Source: a candidate division WOR-1 bacterium RIFOXYB2_FULL_42_35
GTDB lineage: Bacteria; Margulisbacteria; WOR-1; O2-12-FULL-45-9
Direction of reading: 5' to 3'
Assembly (NCBI GenBank): GCA_001771545.1
Contig: MEUC01000002.1
Span: forward strand, 3,909-67,908
DNA length: 64,000 nt
In this document: in pieces, positions 47,166 to 56,916 of the stretch
How the letters are laid out: every line of letters begins with the position of its first letter
How positions within the stretch are numbered: the stretch's first letter is position 1
Position numbers and translations under genes: made by a program
The notes under the pieces: model-generated
What the model was told of the DNA's origin: nothing
What the model saw: only the letters and a program-made list of their open reading frames with translations
Databases searched by the model: none

Positions 47166-47669
47166 CTATTTTGGAGACAATATTACAAACATGTTTTTGC
47201 CGATCTTCTTCGGCGGGCCTTCTGCCTTCCCTATTTCAGCTACGGCCTCAAGCAACCGGTCAACAACATTTCGACCCAAATCGACGTGATTATTTTCTCG
47301 ACCTCTAAAATACATGGAGATTTTAACTTTGTGTTTTTTCTCCAATAATTCTTTTGTCTTTGTCACTCTCACCTCAAAATCATGTTGAGCAATTTTGGGC
47401 GAGATTTTAACTTCTTTTAAAGTGCTGGTCCGCTGAGACTTGCGGGTTTCTTTTTCCTTTTTGGACAACTCGTATTTAATCTTACCAACATCTGAGATTC
47501 GGGCAACAGGGGGTTGCGCGTTAGGCACAACCAAAACCAAATCGTATCCCTTTTCTTTCGCTAATCGCAACGCATCCGGAGTTAACACAACTCCCAATTG
47601 CTTGTTTTCTTCGTCTATTAACCTGACTTCTTTAGAGCGAATGCGTTCGTTTGTTATGAGATATCGAAT
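47166..47669 (-). CDS. infC: Translation initiation factor IF-3 (probable non-ATG ATT start)
   Basis: Extending the ORF-track protein upstream in frame gives I..ITNERIRSKEVRLIDEENKQLGVVLTPDALRLAKEKGYDLVLV... ATT at 47669 with GAGG upstream fits the known AUU start of infC. Exact start is uncertain (47657-47669). Confidence 0.8.
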   Translation of the reverse strand: MRYLITNERIRSKEVRLIDEENKQLGVVLTPDALRLAKEKGYDLVLVVPNAQPPVARISDVGKIKYELSKKEKETRKSQRTSTLKEVKISPKIAQHDFEVRVTKTKELLEKKHKVKISMYFRGRENNHVDLGRNVVDRLLEAVAEIGKAEGPPKKIGKNMFVILSPK

Positions 47670-47703
47670 ACTCTTTTAACCTCGTTGGATAATTATAGCG
47701 GAT

Positions 47704-49422
47704 TTAAGCGCGGTTGTCCACGTCCTGACAAAGTTGATCAAGAATCTCTGCGATGTTTTTAGTACCTAAGTCCCCTTCTTTTCTGTGGCGAACAGAGACG
47801 GTCTCGGATTCCAGCTCTTTATCGCCAACAATTAACATGTAGGGAATTTTTTGCAATTGCGCATTCCTAATTTTAGCCCCGATCTTTTCATTGCGTTTAT
47901 CAATCTCAACACGAAAGCCCCTTTGTTGTAATTGCTGGGCAATTTTATCGGCATAGTCCAGATGGCTATCTGTTATTGGTAAAAGACTAACCTGAACTGG
48001 AGCCAACCATAAGGGAAAGGCTCCGGCATAGTGTTCTATTAGAGCTCCTAAAAAGCGCTCAATACTGCCTAAAATAGCCCGGTGAACCATAACCGGAGTT
48101 TGCTTTGAACCATCATTAGCTGTATAAATTAAATCAAACCTTTGCGGCAGGTTAAAATCTACTTGAACAGTTGGTCCCTGCCAAACCCGGCCCAAGGCAT
48201 CTTTAAGTTTAACATCTATCTTGGGACCGTAGAAAACCCCTTCCCCAGGATCAACCTCAAAGGGAACATTTCTATCTTGTAAAGATTTTTCCAGGATTGC
48301 GGTAGCTTTATCCCAGTTTTCTATTGTGCCGGCATATTTTTCCGGTCGAGTAGAAAGCTTAACTTCATAATCAAACTTAAAGACCTGCATAATATAATGT
48401 ATAAAGTCGAGCACGGAGATAATTTCATCTTCTAGCTGATCTAACCGACAAAAAATATGAGCATCGTCCTGGGTAAAACCACGCACTCTAAGTAAACCAT
48501 GTAAAACCCCTGATTTTTCGTAACGATAAACTGTGCCTAGCTCAAAATAGCGCACCGGCAGATCTCGATAACTAGTTAACTTCCTCTTATAAATAAGAAT
48601 GTGTCCGGGGCAATTCATCGGCTTAACCACATAATCCTGCTCATCAATCTGCATAAAATACATGTTTTCTTTGTAATAATTAGTGTGGCCGGAAGTGTTC
48701 CACAAATCTATTTTGGCAATATGGGGAATGCTAACTAGCTCATAGCCACGCTTGAGATTTTCTTCTTTTAAAAAGTTTTCTAAAGTGTTTTTAACCGTTG
48801 CACCTTTGGGATGATAATAAACAAAGCCGGTGCCAGCTTCTTCGTGAATAGAAAAAAGATCCAGCTCTTTGCCTAGTTTACGATGGTCTCTTTTTTTAGC
48901 TTCTTCTAAGTTCTCCAGATATTTGTCTAAATCTTCTTTTTTTTCAAAGGCTGTGCCATAAATTCGCTGCATAACTGGATTAGTCTCAATCCCCCGCCAG
49001 TAGGCCCCGGCAATAGAAAGAACTTTAAAGGCTTTGATCTTGCCTGTTGTTTCAACGTGCGGCCCCCGACAAAGGTCAACAAAGTCAGCATTCTTGTAAA
49101 GGGTGACTTTTTCCGCTTCAAGCTCACTTAATATTTCAACTTTGTATTTCTCCCCCTTCTCCTCCATAAGCCTGATAGCCTCTTCTTTTTTCATCTCAAC
49201 ACGCTCAAACTTGTGGTTTTGTTTGATAATATGTTTCATCTTCTTTTCGATTTTAACCAGGTCTTCGGGGGTTAATTGTTCCGGCAAGTCAAAATCGTAG
49301 TAAAAGCCATTCTCAATCGCTGGCCCAATGCCAAGCTTTACGCCGGGAAACAACTCTTGGACAGCTTGAGCCATCACGTGTGAAGCAGAGTGTCGTAGGG
49401 TTTCGAGGTTTGTTTCGTTCAT
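47704..49422 (-). CDS. thrS: Threonyl-tRNA synthetase (short form, lacks N-terminal TGS domain)
   Basis: MNETNLETLRHSASHVMAQAV...; class II aaRS motifs; 572 aa. Confidence 0.92.
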   Translation of the reverse strand: MNETNLETLRHSASHVMAQAVQELFPGVKLGIGPAIENGFYYDFDLPEQLTPEDLVKIEKKMKHIIKQNHKFERVEMKKEEAIRLMEEKGEKYKVEILSELEAEKVTLYKNADFVDLCRGPHVETTGKIKAFKVLSIAGAYWRGIETNPVMQRIYGTAFEKKEDLDKYLENLEEAKKRDHRKLGKELDLFSIHEEAGTGFVYYHPKGATVKNTLENFLKEENLKRGYELVSIPHIAKIDLWNTSGHTNYYKENMYFMQIDEQDYVVKPMNCPGHILIYKRKLTSYRDLPVRYFELGTVYRYEKSGVLHGLLRVRGFTQDDAHIFCRLDQLEDEIISVLDFIHYIMQVFKFDYEVKLSTRPEKYAGTIENWDKATAILEKSLQDRNVPFEVDPGEGVFYGPKIDVKLKDALGRVWQGPTVQVDFNLPQRFDLIYTANDGSKQTPVMVHRAILGSIERFLGALIEHYAGAFPLWLAPVQVSLLPITDSHLDYADKIAQQLQQRGFRVEIDKRNEKIGAKIRNAQLQKIPYMLIVGDKELESETVSVRHRKEGDLGTKNIAEILDQLCQDVDNRA

Positions 49423-49477
49423 TGCAAAATAAAGTATAACAGAACAATGATGGGGGACACAAGGCAGGAGAGAACAA

Positions 49478-49557
49478 AGTAATGCGTAATGGGTAATGCG
49501 AATATTCTCATTACCTGCTGGCCGGCAGGCACATTACTCTATTCACATTACTTTCAT
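49478..49557. repeat. GTAATG-family palindromic intergenic element, copy C (between thrS and a small ORF)
   Basis: AGTAATGCGTAATGGGTAATGCGAATATTCTCATTACCTGCTGGCCGGCAGGCACATTACTCTATTCACATTAC. Confidence 0.7.
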
Positions 49558-49620
49558 GCAAGTTTGGCCCAACTTAATACGATATATATCGTGATGGGGT
49601 ATCACAAGGAGGAATAAACC

Positions 49621-49866
49621 GTGTCACCAACTCTAGTCCAAGGCTTACTTTCAGGAGAAATTAGCTTAGAAAAAGCGGTCGCGAGGCTGGCGAGGCTGCC
49701 AGAGGACGCAATTGTTGATTTTGTGGGACAACTCTCAGAACAAAGTCAAGACTTAATTGAAAAAAAGATCCTGGTTTTGGTCTATAGAGAAATTGCAAAA
49801 ACAGATGTGGAAAAAGCTGTTAACATGCTAAGGATTGCAGCAGACAGAAAGGTTCCGCCTAGTTAA
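49621..49866 (+). CDS. Hypothetical protein (81 aa, GTG start)
   Basis: GGAGG RBS 8 nt upstream of the GTG; the 3' end overlaps dxr convergently. Confidence 0.4.
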   Translation: MSPTLVQGLLSGEISLEKAVARLARLPEDAIVDFVGQLSEQSQDLIEKKILVLVYREIAKTDVEKAVNMLRIAADRKVPPS

Positions 49867-50998
49867 CCTCTGCTCTTGCCCAATTATCCGCTTCCAGGAT
49901 ATCAGCAAGAGTAGGGGTTTTTTTATTCTGATGTCGAGTCATGATCTCGTTTATCCTCTGAGGCAATTGAGCAAAGTTAAGTTTCCCCCTCAAAAACAAT
50001 TTAATTGCTGCTTCGTTGGCCGCATTTAAGACGGCTGGCAATGTTCCGCCAACCTTCCCGGCATCATAAGCATATTGTAAGCAAGGAAACTTTTGTTTAT
50101 CTGGCTCCTGAAAGGTCATTTGGGTTAGTTTAGCAAAATTTAAACTGGGCCAGTGATTGGCGCTTCTTTTCTCTTCCAACAAAGCATATTGAATTGGAAC
50201 CCTCATATCTGCCGCACCAAGTTGAGCCTTAACTGAACCGTCAACAAACTCAACCATTGAATGAATAATGCTTTGTGGATGAACAAGCACTTCTATTTTA
50301 GAATAGTCCAAACCAAATAAATAATGCGCCTCCATGACCTCAAAGCCCTTATTCATCAAGGTCGAGGAATCAATGGTTATCTTGGGACCCATCTTCCAAG
50401 TGGGATGTTTGAGCGCATCCTTGGCAGTCATCTGGGCAAATTTTTCAATTGGGGTTTTTAAAAATGGACCGCCAGAAGCCGTTAAAACTATTTTTTTGAT
50501 TGTCTTGGGATCTTCGCCCTTAAGACATTGGACAATAGCGCTATGTTCAGAATCAATGGGAAAAACTTTGACTCCAGCAGCTTTGACTTCTTGCATAAAA
50601 AGATCCCCAGCCACAACCAAGACTTCTTTTGTTGCTAAGGCAAGATCTTTTTTAGACTTAACGGCTTCAAGGGTAGGAACAAGACAAAGAGAACCAGGGA
50701 TTGCAACCACAACCATCTTGGCGGTTGGCTCAGTAGCTACCTTAAGCAAGCCTTCCTCTCCCACCATAATCTGAACCTTGCTAGCTCCTAACTTGGCTTC
50801 AACCTGTTGTTTGACTTCTGCGGTTGCAACCGAAACAATTTTAGGGGAGAATTTTTTTATTTGCTCAACGATTAGATCAACTTCATCTTTAGCCGCCAAA
50901 GCAACAACAGTTAGGCTGGAGGGAAAAATAGAGACGACCTCTAATGTTTGCTTGCCGATTGAACCGGTGGAGCCCAAGATTGCAATGCCTTTTTTCAT
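49859..50998 (-). CDS. dxr: 1-deoxy-D-xylulose 5-phosphate reductoisomerase
   Basis: MKKGIAILGSTGSIGKQTLEVV... Start set at MKKG rather than ORF-track 51040. Confidence 0.92.
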   Translation of the reverse strand: MKKGIAILGSTGSIGKQTLEVVSIFPSSLTVVALAAKDEVDLIVEQIKKFSPKIVSVATAEVKQQVEAKLGASKVQIMVGEEGLLKVATEPTAKMVVVAIPGSLCLVPTLEAVKSKKDLALATKEVLVVAGDLFMQEVKAAGVKVFPIDSEHSAIVQCLKGEDPKTIKKIVLTASGGPFLKTPIEKFAQMTAKDALKHPTWKMGPKITIDSSTLMNKGFEVMEAHYLFGLDYSKIEVLVHPQSIIHSMVEFVDGSVKAQLGAADMRVPIQYALLEEKRSANHWPSLNFAKLTQMTFQEPDKQKFPCLQYAYDAGKVGGTLPAVLNAANEAAIKLFLRGKLNFAQLPQRINEIMTRHQNKKTPTLADILEADNWARAEVN

Positions 50999-51191
50999 GA
51001 TGTAATTATTATACTCACAAACAACACTTCTGACAAACAAATAATTAACAATTAATAATTAAACAATTAACAACTTGGTATCCCCTTCGGCGAGATATTA
51101 CATATAACCAACAAATACATTGTTATTAATTTAGTCATTGTTAATTATTGATTTAGATTTCAGTGTATAATATCCCCACAAGGAGATAATT

Positions 51192-52991
51192 ATGAAAAAA
51201 CTATTTAAATGGGTTGGAATCATTGTTGGTGCTTTGCTCGCTATATTAATAGTAGGCGCTATCGCCCTCCCCCTTCTCCTTCCTTTAGACAAGATCAAGG
51301 ACATGGCTACTGCCAAGATCTCGGAGGCCATCAATCGAGAGGTCAAGATTGAAAAGGTTTCTTTCAACCTCTTCTCTGGGATACAGCTCGAAAAGATATC
51401 TATCGCTAACCGCAAGGGATTCTCTGACAAGCCCCTTATCTCTGCCGATGGAATTGAGCTGCGTTATGCTTTTTGGCCAATTTTTAAGCGCCAATTACTT
51501 ATTAAAGAGGTGCGATTGGTTAAACCTGAAATATTAATAGAAAAAACCGCTGGCGGAACATTTAACTGCTCTGATATGACTAACAAAAAGGCGAAGGGCA
51601 AAGGCAGAGGCCAAGGTGATACCGAGGCTAAGGAAGAAAAACAGAAACAATCTTTTTCGTTGGTTGTTGATTCTTTTGCCGTTAAAGATGGTTTGATTAC
51701 CTATATTGACCAGGGAACAGGCGCTCAAAGCGAAATTAAGAATGCCAATTTAAGTCTTTCTGGTTTTACCCTAGCTTTAATCCGACCCATTGATTTGAAC
51801 TTTTCTGCGACAGCGACATATCAGAAGAAAAACATTCCTTTGTCTCTGCGGGGAAAGATTGGGGTTGATTTAAATAAGCAGGCAATTGATTTTCCTGCCT
51901 TAAGCCTAGAAATTACTGGAGAAAAGGCTATAATTTCGGCCAAAGTCAGTCAATGGAAAACCGCTCCGCATGTTGATTTTTCTATCTCTTCTGATAAATT
52001 ATCAATAGATCCTTTCCTGGCAATTTTTGCCGGCGGCGAAAAGAAGGCTAAGCCCCAAAAAGGGGAATTATCCAAAAAGGTTGATCAGGCAACTAAATCA
52101 ATTTCCCGCCAATACAGCGTCAACGGAAGAATTAGCATTAATAAGCTTAGTCTCTTAGATTTTGAAATGGACAAGTTTGACTGTGCCGTCACCCTAGCCA
52201 ATAAGCAAGTTACTCTGGATATAAAGGAAATTGCTTTATATGAAGGGACACTTTCTGGCCAAGCAAAAATTAATCTGGCCACCTCAGGCCTGGCTTACAA
52301 CATTAATAATCTAAAGCTAAAAGACTTCAACGTAACCCCATTTACCAACGATTTGGTCGAAACATTTTTAACCAAGCTAAAAGACTACCAAGATCTTAAG
52401 GATAAGGTTTATGGCAAGCTAAACCTTTCGTTGACTCTAAATGGTCACGGGGTAGAGCCGGAAGATATTCTAACCAATGCGGTTGGCCAAGGTTCTTTTG
52501 CTTTAACTGACGGCGAGATAAAAAGGGTTAAAACCCTGGCCGAAGTTGGCAAGTTTATTAAGTCCAATGCTCTGCAGGATGATATTAAGTTTAAAGACCT
52601 GGGCGCTTCTTTTGCGATCAAGAACAGGGTTTTGTCTACAAAGGATTTAAGGCTTGATAGCAAAAACATTAAAGTCGGTTTTTCTGGCGGAGCAGATTTG
52701 GGCCAGCTCGTTTGGGTTAGCGGCAATCGTTTAACCCTCAAACTTTCTCCGGAACTAACTCAAGGCCTGCCCAAAGAACTTGAGCTGTTACGAAATGATC
52801 AAGGCTGGCTGGAAGCAACTTTTGAGCTGACCGGATCGTTAAAACTGCCCATTCCTAAGCCGATTTTTGACAAACCAATTGAAAAAGTTATTGGGAATAT
52901 TAAACTAAAAATTGATGCTGGTAAGGTTGAAATCGAGAAAAAAGTTGTTGATGAGGCCAAGAAACAGTTGCAGGATTTTCTTAAGTTTTAA
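51192..52991 (+). CDS. asmA: AsmA-family outer-membrane assembly protein
   Basis: N-terminal TM anchor plus the characteristic AsmA N-domain (...KVSFNLFSGIQLEKISIAN...); 599 aa. Confidence 0.7.
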   Translation: MKKLFKWVGIIVGALLAILIVGAIALPLLLPLDKIKDMATAKISEAINREVKIEKVSFNLFSGIQLEKISIANRKGFSDKPLISADGIELRYAFWPIFKRQLLIKEVRLVKPEILIEKTAGGTFNCSDMTNKKAKGKGRGQGDTEAKEEKQKQSFSLVVDSFAVKDGLITYIDQGTGAQSEIKNANLSLSGFTLALIRPIDLNFSATATYQKKNIPLSLRGKIGVDLNKQAIDFPALSLEITGEKAIISAKVSQWKTAPHVDFSISSDKLSIDPFLAIFAGGEKKAKPQKGELSKKVDQATKSISRQYSVNGRISINKLSLLDFEMDKFDCAVTLANKQVTLDIKEIALYEGTLSGQAKINLATSGLAYNINNLKLKDFNVTPFTNDLVETFLTKLKDYQDLKDKVYGKLNLSLTLNGHGVEPEDILTNAVGQGSFALTDGEIKRVKTLAEVGKFIKSNALQDDIKFKDLGASFAIKNRVLSTKDLRLDSKNIKVGFSGGADLGQLVWVSGNRLTLKLSPELTQGLPKELELLRNDQGWLEATFELTGSLKLPIPKPIFDKPIEKVIGNIKLKIDAGKVEIEKKVVDEAKKQLQDFLKF

Positions 52992-52996
52992 CAGGT

Positions 52997-55093
52997 CTAC
53001 TTCATAAAGTCCAGATCTTTAATGTCTATAGCCTCAAACTTGTCGTCTCGACCATAGTGCACATGCTGGTGCCCATAATCGCTCAGGTCAATTTCCACCT
53101 TAACATCCTCTTCGGTTTCTACTTCCCATTTGTCACAAATATTTTCCGGCAGTTCCTCAAGATAACGAGAGACCTTCATCAACACTTCGCCATCGTAACC
53201 AGAATAAATTATCGGGTAAGTTAAAAAGAGTTCGTCTTTCGCCCGGGTAACAGCCACATAAAACAATCTACGCTCTTCTTCCATTTCTTCGTCTTTAGTA
53301 AAGCTTAAGTGGGAGGGGAAGCGACCGTCAGCCAACCAAACCACAAAAACAACCTTCCATTCCAAGCCCTTGGCCTGGTGAACGGTAGTTAAAACGCAAG
53401 CTTCACTATCTCTGGCCTCTCCCTCAACCACTGTTTCTGCTTCAATGCCAGCAACAAGTGCCAGATTGCTCAACAATTCTTCCAAATCCTTATATTGAAC
53501 AGCATAGCTACCTAGCTGCTCCAAATCTTCCAGGCGTTCACGGAAATCATTATATTGAGCTTTTACGTGTTCCTGGTAATTTGATTCGGAAATTATCCTG
53601 ATCATCTCAGCCGGAGAATCTTTTGTGTTGCTCAAGAGCTTCATTAGTCCCTGAAAGTTTTTAAAACCTCTTTCCCCTGCCTTTGGCACTGTTTTCAAGA
53701 TCTGCTCAGAAAAGATTGCTTCTAAGGGGTTCTGGCTTTGCATTAATTGGCCGAAGATTTTCTCTGCTGTACGAGGGCCAACCTTATCAAGCAACTTTAG
53801 GATTCTATGCCAGGAGATTTCATCATAAGGATTATGAAAAACCTTCAAATGGGCTAGAACATCTTTAATGTGGGCTTCTTCAAAAAAGCGTAAACCAGAA
53901 CGAACCTCAAAGGGAATGCCCCTTTTAGTTAGCTCCATTTGAATCTCCATGGATTGATAGTGGGAACGATACAAAACCGCCATATCATTTAGGGAGTGCC
54001 CTTCTTCTCTTAGCTCCAACATTCTCTGAGCCACAAAAGTAGCTTGCTCAAAAACCGTATTAAACGGCACAACTGTCGGCTTTTGGCCTTCAGATCGCCC
54101 AGCCCTTAGAACCTTTTTAAAGCTTTCTTTGGCCAAAGAAATTGAAGCATTGGCCAAGTTGATAATCTGGGGGGTGGAGCGATGGTTCATTTCCAGCTTA
54201 AACACCCTGGCATCTTTATACACTTTAGGAAAATTGATGATATTCTTAAAGTGTGCCCCACGGAAAGAGTAGATGCTTTGTGAGTCGTCTCCTACCACCA
54301 TAATATTACGGTGATGAACAGCCAGGATGTTAATAATTTTTGCTTGCAATAAATTGGTGTCTTGATATTCATCAACCAAGACATGCATAAATTTTCCGGC
54401 ATACGTTTCCGCTACCTCGGGATTATCGGCTAAAAGCTTCCACCAGTAATAGAGCAGGTCATCAAAGTCCATCATATTATTCTTTTTTTTGCGCGCCTGA
54501 TAAAGATTAAAAATATGCTCGATAGAATCTGTTAGCTCTTCAAATTGGGCATAATTAAAAGCCATCACATCAACGAGTTTTCTGCCAGTATTAACGACTA
54601 AGCCAAAAATCGCCAGCAGCGTATCGGCCTTAGGAAAACGAGTTGCTTTAACGTCAATATTTGTCTCGGCAATACAAGCGCTGACAACTTCTTTTGAATC
54701 AGCCCGGTCCAAAATTGTGTAGTTGGAGTTAAAGCCCGCCAGCTTGGCATGCTTTCTGAGCATTCTGTTGCCCAGGCTATGAAAAGTCCCCCCCCAAATT
54801 TCCTTAAGATCGCATTTTAAAAGCAGCTCGGCCCGCGACATCATCTCTTTAGCCGCTTTATTGGTAAAGGTAACTAAAAGGATTCTATCCAGTGGCACTC
54901 CGGATTCAACCAAGTAGGCAACACGGTAAGTAACCGTACGTGTTTTTCCGGAGCCGGCTCCGGCAATGACCAGCATAGGACCAGGCGCAGCTGTAGCTAC
55001 GGCCAGCTGTTCGGCAGTTAGCTCTGTAGCATAATCAATGCGGAACTTGTTATCGGTATTAAAATGAGATTTTAGGATGTACTTGTGAGGCAT
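52997..55093 (-). CDS. pcrA: ATP-dependent DNA helicase, UvrD/PcrA/Rep family
   Basis: LVIAGAGSGKTRTVTYRVAYL (motif I); DEYQDTN (motif II); 698 aa. Confidence 0.9.
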   Translation of the reverse strand: MPHKYILKSHFNTDNKFRIDYATELTAEQLAVATAAPGPMLVIAGAGSGKTRTVTYRVAYLVESGVPLDRILLVTFTNKAAKEMMSRAELLLKCDLKEIWGGTFHSLGNRMLRKHAKLAGFNSNYTILDRADSKEVVSACIAETNIDVKATRFPKADTLLAIFGLVVNTGRKLVDVMAFNYAQFEELTDSIEHIFNLYQARKKKNNMMDFDDLLYYWWKLLADNPEVAETYAGKFMHVLVDEYQDTNLLQAKIINILAVHHRNIMVVGDDSQSIYSFRGAHFKNIINFPKVYKDARVFKLEMNHRSTPQIINLANASISLAKESFKKVLRAGRSEGQKPTVVPFNTVFEQATFVAQRMLELREEGHSLNDMAVLYRSHYQSMEIQMELTKRGIPFEVRSGLRFFEEAHIKDVLAHLKVFHNPYDEISWHRILKLLDKVGPRTAEKIFGQLMQSQNPLEAIFSEQILKTVPKAGERGFKNFQGLMKLLSNTKDSPAEMIRIISESNYQEHVKAQYNDFRERLEDLEQLGSYAVQYKDLEELLSNLALVAGIEAETVVEGEARDSEACVLTTVHQAKGLEWKVVFVVWLADGRFPSHLSFTKDEEMEEERRLFYVAVTRAKDELFLTYPIIYSGYDGEVLMKVSRYLEELPENICDKWEVETEEDVKVEIDLSDYGHQHVHYGRDDKFEAIDIKDLDFMK

Positions 55094-55234
55094 CGTTCCC
55101 CCGTTCTTTTAGCATTATAACAAAAATTCAATTTCATATCTAGGCAGCCAAAAGTGATACTAATTATCCGACAGAACAACAAAATAATTTCAATAAAGAT
55201 AATTTAAGTCGCGTGGTTTGGAGGGGGTTATGAA

Positions 55235-56098
55235 TCAGGTTCGGAGATCCAAGCTAATATCCAACGCCTTAGCGGAATGAGTCAGGGCCCCGACTGAAAT
55301 ATAGTCAACGCCGGTTTTGGCAATCGCTCGCACAGTTTTTAAATTAACCCCACCAGAAGCTTCGGTTTTAATTTTAGTTTGCTTACAAAGCTTAATGGCT
55401 TTGCGCAAGGTTTTTAAATTCATGTTATCTAGAAGGATTATGCTAACCCCTATCTTAATAGCTTCTTTGACCTGAATTAAAGTTTTACACTCGATCTCAA
55501 CTTCCTTTACCTTAGCCTTACCTAAGCCTTTGCCCTTCGCCTTTTTTATCGCCACCTCAACCCCACCGGCTAAAGCAATATGGTTATCTTTGATAAGGAC
55601 AGCATCCCACAACCCCAAGCGATGATTTGTTCCACCTCCACACTTAACCGCATACTTTTCTAGCGCTCTTAAACCGGGGGCTGTCTTTCTAGTGTCCAAG
55701 ATCGTGGCTCGTGATTCGTTGTTAGTGGCTCGTAAAACAAATTGGCTTGTTAGCGTAGCTATTCCTGAAAGTCTTTGCAGAAAATTCAGAGCGACTCTTT
55801 CTCCCGTTAGTATCCCTCTGGCTGGCCCGGAGATGGTGGCGATAATTTGCCCTTTTTTAACCTTGTCCCCATCTTTGGTTTTAGCGGTAAACTTAATTCT
55901 TTTATCAACCTGTTGAAAAACTTCTCGCGCCACAACAAGACCACAAACTACGCCCGCTTCTTTGATTAAAATGTTCCCCTGCACTACCGCACCACTGTCT
56001 ACTACGCTACAAGTAGTTATGTCCCCCTCCCCCACATCTTCTGCCAACGCCACTGTAACAAGTTTTTTAATTTGGGGTTGTTTTTTTGCTTTTTGCAT
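55235..56098 (-). CDS. nadC: Nicotinate-nucleotide pyrophosphorylase (quinolinate phosphoribosyltransferase)
   Basis: Typical NadC length of 287 aa and motifs (...DITT.S......LIKEAGVVCGL...DNH). Confidence 0.88.
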   Translation of the reverse strand: MQKAKKQPQIKKLVTVALAEDVGEGDITTCSVVDSGAVVQGNILIKEAGVVCGLVVAREVFQQVDKRIKFTAKTKDGDKVKKGQIIATISGPARGILTGERVALNFLQRLSGIATLTSQFVLRATNNESRATILDTRKTAPGLRALEKYAVKCGGGTNHRLGLWDAVLIKDNHIALAGGVEVAIKKAKGKGLGKAKVKEVEIECKTLIQVKEAIKIGVSIILLDNMNLKTLRKAIKLCKQTKIKTEASGGVNLKTVRAIAKTGVDYISVGALTHSAKALDISLDLRT

Positions 56099-56112
56099 TT
56101 TATTTTTTTATT

Positions 56113-56916
56113 TTATCGCAGGATTACCCAAACCAAATAGTAGTACACCACCGGTGTGGTAAGGATAAAACTATCCATGCGATCAAGCACGCCACCATGC
56201 CCAGGAACCAAAGCGGAGGAATCTTTAAGTCCTGCATCTCGTTTAATTAGCGACTCAACCAAATCACTTAGCTGAGCAAAGCCCCCAATAATGCCCCCCA
56301 AAACCAATGAATGGATCAATTCAAAGCCAGCATAATGACCAAAAACACCAGCAGCAATTAGGCAAAAAACAAAGCCTGCCAGAGCCCCTTCAACGCTTTT
56401 ATTGGGAGAAACCGAGGGCCACAATTTGTGTCGACCAAATTTTTTCCCCACCAAATAAGCAATAGTATCAAAAGCCCAAACTGTAGCCATCAAGAAGAAA
56501 ATGTAGGCCCCATGATCAGTTAAGGCTCTAATAAATATTAGGTAGCTGAAAAACCAGCCAATGTATATCATGCCCAGCAAGGTCACCGCAATATCAACAA
56601 TAGCTTCTTTAGGTCGTTGCTTTAAATAAAGAGTGGCAATCATTGTTACTACTGCTGCCCAGGTTAGAATAGCCGAATGCGCCGGCTCCCAGCTTTTCCT
56701 TAAGCCATAATAAGCAAAGATAATAAAAAAAGCGGTAAAAAAATTGCCGACCCAATAAGCCGGATGAAAATCTTTGGCCTTCATCATATTATAAAACTCG
56801 TTGATCGAAACCATGCCTAGCAGTAAAACCAAAAAGAGAAAAGCCACCCCCCCAAAATAAACACAAGCAATAATTATTGGCACTGTCACCAGGATGGTTA
56901 AAAGCCTAAGCAGCAT
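56113..56916 (-). CDS. cdsA: Phosphatidate cytidylyltransferase
   Basis: C-terminal signature SLIKRDAGLKDSSALVPGHGGVLDRMDS; multi-TM. Confidence 0.9.
   Translation of the reverse strand: MLLRLLTILVTVPIIIACVYFGGVAFLFLVLLLGMVSINEFYNMMKAKDFHPAYWVGNFFTAFFIIFAYYGLRKSWEPAHSAILTWAAVVTMIATLYLKQRPKEAIVDIAVTLLGMIYIGWFFSYLIFIRALTDHGAYIFFLMATVWAFDTIAYLVGKKFGRHKLWPSVSPNKSVEGALAGFVFCLIAAGVFGHYAGFELIHSLVLGGIIGGFAQLSDLVESLIKRDAGLKDSSALVPGHGGVLDRMDSFILTTPVVYYYLVWVILR

Noticed and set aside
46761-47348. 195-aa plus-strand ORF across rplT/rpmI/infC
   Set aside because: Antisense to three conserved ribosomal/IF genes.
49423-49620. T-box leader for thrS
   Set aside because: No T-box consensus (AATTAGGGTGGTACCGCG-like) or specifier/antiterminator arrangement found. 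The region is instead occupied by GTAATG element C and palindromes.
55229-55296. Short plus-strand ORF with strong GGAGGGGG RBS (MNQVRRSKLISNALAE) overlapping the nadC 3' end
   Set aside because: Only 16 codons and antisense to the nadC C-terminus. The RBS-like string is probably the complement of nadC coding sequence.
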